Below are positions 59,010 through 64,000 of a DNA stretch of 64,000 nt, piece after piece. The notes under the pieces are model-generated. The model did not search any database. It worked only from the letters and a program-made list of their open reading frames with translations, and was not told the origin of the DNA. Position 1 is the stretch's first letter. Every line of letters starts with the position of its first letter. A program made the position numbers and the translations under genes. The stretch spans positions 1,728,001-1,792,000 of the forward strand of contig OZ245056.1 in assembly GCA_965224705.1 (NCBI GenBank), in the 5' to 3' direction. The stretch is from Spirochaetaceae bacterium (lineage in GTDB: Bacteria > Spirochaetota > Spirochaetia > DSM-2461).

Positions 59010-61052
59010 TTACACTCCTCCTTCACATGGAATATTGATGCAAACTTCCAGTCCCCCTTCAGCGGGGAGGTTAAAATCAAGCCTCCTGCGGTATAAGGTC
59101 ATCAGTCTCTGATTTATATTATTCAGACCTGTCCGGTCGTTATTGAGAAGCTTTTCAAAAGAAACTTCATCCATGCCCCTGTCACAGACCGATACCTTGA
59201 GCTGATCCCCCTTAATCCGGGCACTTACAGAAATATCAATATTTCCGTCTATGTCCGCACCGTATTTTATCGCATTTTCAACAATGGGCTGCATCAGCAT
59301 TGGCGGAATCTCTATGAGCCGGGCGGATTCATCGAGGTCAATATGGAAGAAAAGTCTTTCATCGTGGCGGATTGCTTCAATATCAAGATACTCTCTGATG
59401 TGAAGAATTTCGTCTTCCAGGGGAACGGTGCTTCGTTTTGTAGAAAGTAACGAATAGCGGAACAAATCGGCAAGTTTTTCAACAACCCTCACGGCGGTAC
59501 GGCTGTCTTTTTCAATGAGCTGGGCGATACTATTCAATGTATTAAAAAAGAAATGAGGATTAATCTGGGCTCTTAATGCCCTTAGTTCTGCCTCAACAGC
59601 CTGAGCGCTGAGTTTTTCCTGCTCCCTTCTCATCCTGATTTTCAGCGATTCATTGGAAACGAGTGTCATAACACCCTTGATACTTCCCGACTGATCTGTG
59701 AGGGGACGGATATTCATTTTTACCGGAATACGCTCTCCTGTACAGGGCAGGAGATAACAATACTTATCCTTCACTATCTTCCCGTACTTCAATCCGCCAA
59801 GCAGTTCCTCGTCTTCCATGCCTATGCGTGAAATAAAATCGCAGTTCTGCAGCTCATTCTGACTTTCTACAGCCATGAGATTCATAAAATGTTGGTTCGC
59901 CACCATGACAGTGCCATTCATATCCGTAAGAAAAACACCTTCTTCAATGGTCTCAAACATATTGGTGAGTGTGCTGAGTTTTTCAGCAATTTCCTTAGAC
60001 ATGATATTGAAACTTCGGGCAAGAACATCATGGGGCGATTTCTCCCTTACCTGAAGCCCATATTTTCCTTCGCGGATCCAGTCGGCAGCAGTAGCCAGCT
60101 CTTTGAGATAGGCCGCAATTTCCTTCATGGCATTTCCCACAACCCCCTCTCTCGGCAAATCAAGCAGGGAGGTTTCGATACGGCCGTCGGACAGACGCAG
60201 TGCAAGTTTTGATAAATTGGTATAATGCAGTATCAAATCATCAACAGAATCCTCCAGCAGATCCAGTTCATCACTGAAAGTTTTTTTACGGGGCGCCATA
60301 CTTTTTCCAATGAAACTATTCAGCTTCTTGCTGACAGTAATGATTGGACGGGCGAGAGAATTGGTAAAATGTCCTGTTGCATATATCAGACCGGTTATGA
60401 ACAATGCAAAGAACACAATACCCACAACATTCTGGGTCATTTGTAATTGCTCATAACCCCGCTCTATCTTTTCAAAAATAATATCAAAAAGCTGGTTCAT
60501 TGAAACACTGTAAATTGGAAAAAACTCCACGGCGTCAATGTATTCTTTAACAGCCAGAGCCTGGTCGTTGTTGGCAGAATCTTCATCGAAAATAAGCTTC
60601 ATATAGATTGAGTAAAGCCGCTGAAGCCCCAGTTCTGTTTCAAGTTTTTTTTCAGCCGCAAGAAATGCAGGACTTTCTCTTGTTTGAGATAATTGTTTAT
60701 TACTGACCTGCGCAAGCTGCCAGACATTATTCAGATTATCAATATAAGAAAAAACATCTTTCCTATACCAGAGCAATTTACTGTCTGCATTAATCAATTC
60801 TGAAAGCCGGTCACTGAATGTTCTTGTATGAACCAGATACTGTTCATATGCATCCCCGTCATCCCAGTCACTCACAGATTCATGGAGGTACATTAGAAGG
60901 TTTCCCCAGTCAATATTGACTTCCAGCAATGTGTTTCTATCCCTTTCCATGGTGAGTCTGAAGCTGCTCAGGGCAAAACTGAACGCAATATAGAACAAAG
61001 CAAGTAGTATAAGAATCAGGTAGGATTTTAACAGTCGTTTTCGCACACTCAT
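59010..61052 (-). CDS. LytS-type sensor histidine kinase with HAMP/PAS domains
   Basis: LRAQINPHF.FNTLN, QPIVENA.KY; two TM helices. Confidence 0.9.
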   Translation of the reverse strand: MSVRKRLLKSYLILILLALFYIAFSFALSSFRLTMERDRNTLLEVNIDWGNLLMYLHESVSDWDDGDAYEQYLVHTRTFSDRLSELINADSKLLWYRKDVFSYIDNLNNVWQLAQVSNKQLSQTRESPAFLAAEKKLETELGLQRLYSIYMKLIFDEDSANNDQALAVKEYIDAVEFFPIYSVSMNQLFDIIFEKIERGYEQLQMTQNVVGIVFFALFITGLIYATGHFTNSLARPIITVSKKLNSFIGKSMAPRKKTFSDELDLLEDSVDDLILHYTNLSKLALRLSDGRIETSLLDLPREGVVGNAMKEIAAYLKELATAADWIREGKYGLQVREKSPHDVLARSFNIMSKEIAEKLSTLTNMFETIEEGVFLTDMNGTVMVANQHFMNLMAVESQNELQNCDFISRIGMEDEELLGGLKYGKIVKDKYCYLLPCTGERIPVKMNIRPLTDQSGSIKGVMTLVSNESLKIRMRREQEKLSAQAVEAELRALRAQINPHFFFNTLNSIAQLIEKDSRTAVRVVEKLADLFRYSLLSTKRSTVPLEDEILHIREYLDIEAIRHDERLFFHIDLDESARLIEIPPMLMQPIVENAIKYGADIDGNIDISVSARIKGDQLKVSVCDRGMDEVSFEKLLNNDRTGLNNINQRLMTLYRRRLDFNLPAEGGLEVCINIPCEGGV

Positions 61053-62389
61053 GGAAGATCTTCCTTTTCCCGATCCATGAGCTCACTCATGAGAAAATCG
61101 GACATTCGGGCATAATCCTCCACACCGGTACTGAATATTGCAGAAGTAATTACGAGACTCGCAATTTCACGTCCTGCACTGACGTCCGTAACCGGAGGAT
61201 TCCAGTTTGCCACCCCCCTATTGTAGCTTTCAAGAGAAGATTCTATCCATTCAAGAAATCCGCCTTCCGCATTGACATGAAGCCTGTCCCAGGTGCTTTT
61301 ACGGGCAGCGGGTATTCCTTTTTGAAGCCCCTCCCAGGACATGGCCTTTCCAGTAGCCCATTCCATGAAAAGCCAGGCCGCTTCTTTTTGCTCTGAACCG
61401 GGATACATTGCCAGCCCCCAGACAGCTACATGGGGAACTGACCCTGCTGGTCCCATCGGTATGGGCAGATACCCGACTTTACCGGCCACAACTGAGGAGG
61501 AGGAATGTTCAAAGAATGAATAGAAAACATTGGCATCGTATATCATGGCTGCTTCACCCCGGCTAAAAACCCAGGTATTTTCATACCACCCATTTGATGC
61601 AGCTTCCGGTGGTCCGTAATTGCTCAGTAAATCCCCGTAATAGCGGGAGGCAGAAACAGCTTCATCTGATGACAGAGCAGGCTTTCCATTCCTGTCAATC
61701 CATTCTCCGCCGAAGGAGTGAACGAAATCTATCCACTGACTGGTGGCTGCTATACGCTTTCCACGGAGTGTAATGCCATAGATTTCTCCATCACTTCGCT
61801 TGAAGATTTCGGCTGCCGCTTTTTCAAGCGCATCCATAGTTTCCGGAGGTTTGAGACCATACGTGTGGAAAACTTCCTTGTTATAGGCAAGCAGGCTGGT
61901 TTCAAAGGCGATCGGAACAATGTAATTCGAGTCATTAAAAGATCCTGTTTCCATAGCAGCGGGAATGATATCATCCACTTCGTATATGGAAAATGTATCT
62001 GTAGGGTTATTGAAAAACGGCGATAGACTTTCAATCCAACCTTCTTTGATGTATCGCTTTAAACTATTCCCGGGCATGATCATATAGACATCAATGTCTG
62101 AAATACCGGAAACCATCTCTACATCCCGTTTCATCCGGAACTGTTCCTCAGGATATATTTCGAGAGACACGTTTATACCAGTGACTTCGGTAAACTCACT
62201 GATAAACGGTTGAATAAGATCGGTCCAGGGATGCTTATTAGCCATAACCTGAATTTCAGTACCATCGTAAAGGTCGGGAGGATTTGCTTCTGATCTATTA
62301 GAATTAGTTTTAATGCTGTTACTGCCGCTGTAGTTGAACACTGCAAAAAGCAATAAAAGCATGCACGGCAGATAGAATATTCGTTTCAT
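61049..62389 (-). CDS. Sugar-binding protein coupled to the sensor kinase
   Basis: F.E.TGI.V, LAYNK, PETMD.L, W.F..WAT. Confidence 0.85.
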   Translation of the reverse strand: MKRIFYLPCMLLLLFAVFNYSGSNSIKTNSNRSEANPPDLYDGTEIQVMANKHPWTDLIQPFISEFTEVTGINVSLEIYPEEQFRMKRDVEMVSGISDIDVYMIMPGNSLKRYIKEGWIESLSPFFNNPTDTFSIYEVDDIIPAAMETGSFNDSNYIVPIAFETSLLAYNKEVFHTYGLKPPETMDALEKAAAEIFKRSDGEIYGITLRGKRIAATSQWIDFVHSFGGEWIDRNGKPALSSDEAVSASRYYGDLLSNYGPPEAASNGWYENTWVFSRGEAAMIYDANVFYSFFEHSSSSVVAGKVGYLPIPMGPAGSVPHVAVWGLAMYPGSEQKEAAWLFMEWATGKAMSWEGLQKGIPAARKSTWDRLHVNAEGGFLEWIESSLESYNRGVANWNPPVTDVSAGREIASLVITSAIFSTGVEDYARMSDFLMSELMDREKEDLP

Positions 62390-62404
62390 GAAATAGCCCT
62401 ATAT

Positions 62405-62429
62405 GGGGATTGGAACCTGTCCAATCCCC
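62405..62429. terminator. Stem-loop downstream of dctM
   Basis: GGGGATTGGA acctg TCCAATCCCC. Confidence 0.55.
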
Positions 62430-62444
62430 CCGCAAGAGACAGGG

Positions 62445-63731
62445 CTAATTTCCATAAACCAGATTAGGAATAAACATAACCAGGTCAGGAAAGAAAATAA
62501 GCAGGACAAGAACCAACAATAGTGTTGCAAGAAACGGGAGGAGCGAACGAACAAGCTCTTCCAATTTCACATTGGCAACACCACTTGCAACATACAGAAC
62601 AGTACCTACCGGTGGTGTCACCAGTCCAATTCCAAGATTGATGCTCATTATAACACCAAAATATACCGGATCAACTCCAACTGCATCCATGACCGGAGTA
62701 AGGATCGGTGCAAGAATAAGAATTGCCGGAGTCAGATCCATTACAAAGCCAATGAGAAAAAGCATCAGATTACTGATAAGCAGAATAACAAGCTTTGACT
62801 GTGTTAGATTTGTCAGCATATCTGCCAGCGACGCAGGAACCCGAGCTCGGGTCAACAGCCATGCCGAAACCATGGCCATACCGCAAAGAAAAAGAACAAT
62901 CGCCGTTGTTTTAGCCGTTGCCAGAAGGATCCTGGGTAGATCCCGAATTGTGATTTCCTTGTAATAGAAAAGTCCAATTAGAAGAGCAGCAACGGCGGCC
63001 ACCGCACCAGCTTCAGTAGCTGTAAAAATACCGCCAAGAATACCACCGACAATGATTATGGGAAGCGTTAGTGCCGGCCACACCTCTACAAGTGCCTGTC
63101 CAACAGCCTTCCAACTGAACGTATGCCCTTCCTGACGCTTTCCATAGCCGTATTTCCTGCTTGTAAAATAAGTGGTAAGCATAAGAAAAATCCCAACTAT
63201 AATTCCGGGAATGATTCCGCCAAGAAACAGGCGGGCAATGGATGTACTCGTAACAATACCGAATAGAATAAAGGGAATACTTGGAGGAATAATAATCCCG
63301 ATAACTGCTGAACTGGCTGTTACTGCAGCAGAGTAGGGGGGGGAATACTTCTGCTCCACCATCGGCGGAACCATCAATCCCCCGATTGCCGCAGTATCGG
63401 CAATTGCCGAACCGCTAATCCCTCCAAAGAACATACTGGCAAGAATATTGACATGACCAAGACCGCCGGTAATATGACCGACAAAAGCATCGGCGAGCTT
63501 AACCAGTCTTTTGGCGATACCGCCATGGTTCATAACTTCACCAACGAACATGAAGAAGGGAATTGCCAGCAGAGGAAAACTGTTCATCCCTGAAATCATC
63601 CGGCTTGGAAGAATTGTAAAGGGCAGATCCAGCACAAGCATCAAAACAACATTGGCAAGACCAAGAGAAAATACCACCGGAATCCCAATAAGAACGGAGG
63701 TAAATAAAACTAAAAGAAAAATCCAGAGCAT
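62445..63731 (-). CDS. dctM: TRAP transporter large permease
   Basis: LAIPFF, GISGSA.AD, IIPPS, TATEA, TPPVG. Confidence 0.93.
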   Translation of the reverse strand: MLWIFLLVLFTSVLIGIPVVFSLGLANVVLMLVLDLPFTILPSRMISGMNSFPLLAIPFFMFVGEVMNHGGIAKRLVKLADAFVGHITGGLGHVNILASMFFGGISGSAIADTAAIGGLMVPPMVEQKYSPPYSAAVTASSAVIGIIIPPSIPFILFGIVTSTSIARLFLGGIIPGIIVGIFLMLTTYFTSRKYGYGKRQEGHTFSWKAVGQALVEVWPALTLPIIIVGGILGGIFTATEAGAVAAVAALLIGLFYYKEITIRDLPRILLATAKTTAIVLFLCGMAMVSAWLLTRARVPASLADMLTNLTQSKLVILLISNLMLFLIGFVMDLTPAILILAPILTPVMDAVGVDPVYFGVIMSINLGIGLVTPPVGTVLYVASGVANVKLEELVRSLLPFLATLLLVLVLLIFFPDLVMFIPNLVYGN

Positions 63732-63737
63732 AACAAT

Positions 63738-64000
63738 TTACTCCACTGAAACTCGAGATTCATGCTGCTCTTCTTTACCAGAAATCAGAGCAATTACTTT
63801 GCCGCTTCCGATCAGCACCATGAGGGCACCGCAAAATGGCACGATGAGGTAGATCAACGACATTGGAATAGATAATGCCGGAGATACATTCATAACTGTT
63901 GTTGAAGCGGTATACCCGAACCATGTCAGGAGTCCTAAAAGCATGACAATCAGCAATTGCCGAATGATCGCAATACCCTGCTGCAGTTTTTTGGATTTAA
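63738..64000 (-). CDS. dctQ: TRAP transporter small permease, C-terminal part (start outside the window)
   Basis: SPAL.IPM..IY..VP motif immediately upstream of dctM. Confidence 0.75.
   Translation of the reverse strand, partial: KSKKLQQGIAIIRQLLIVMLLGLLTWFGYTASTTVMNVSPALSIPMSLIYLIVPFCGALMVLIGSGKVIALISGKEEQHESRVSVE

Overview
Bacterial chromosomal window, probably from a Spirochaetaceae-type spirochaete. This is inferred from solute-binding proteins with N-termini such as FAGGAQE and FANGAEE and a spirochaete-like lipobox. It alternates catabolic/transport operons with accessory DNA. Operons: RidA/YheO/MalY plus a Liv-type ABC transporter, a UroD-like gene and a shikimate-kinase-like gene; a YcjNOP-like ABC transporter; an EryC-like/HxlB/XylB polyol cluster; a gtr-like surface glycosylation trio; a sugar ABC operon with an orphan TrpA-like gene and an FGGY kinase; and a sugar-acid cluster (kdgK, gnd, two dehydrogenases, SBP-LytS-LytTR, TRAP). 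Accessory DNA: tandem AAA-ATPase/PD-(D/E)XK genes, a decayed integron-like locus with attC-type sites, a second attC-bearing locus with a type II R-M system, IS5 remnants, and two ~162-bp MITE families that share one 62-bp structured core. The most striking signal is a pair of ~220-bp segments (9094-9314 and 36026-36248) bounded by related AGTGTC..AAGCTTGT inverted repeats. Their promoter-bearing interiors lie in opposite orientation relative to conserved outer arms, and a 24-bp 'collapsed' palindrome of the same repeat sits at 365-388. These are candidate invertible promoter switches in front of surface-related genes. No rRNA, tRNA or CRISPR array was seen. All calls are by eye; no searches were run.
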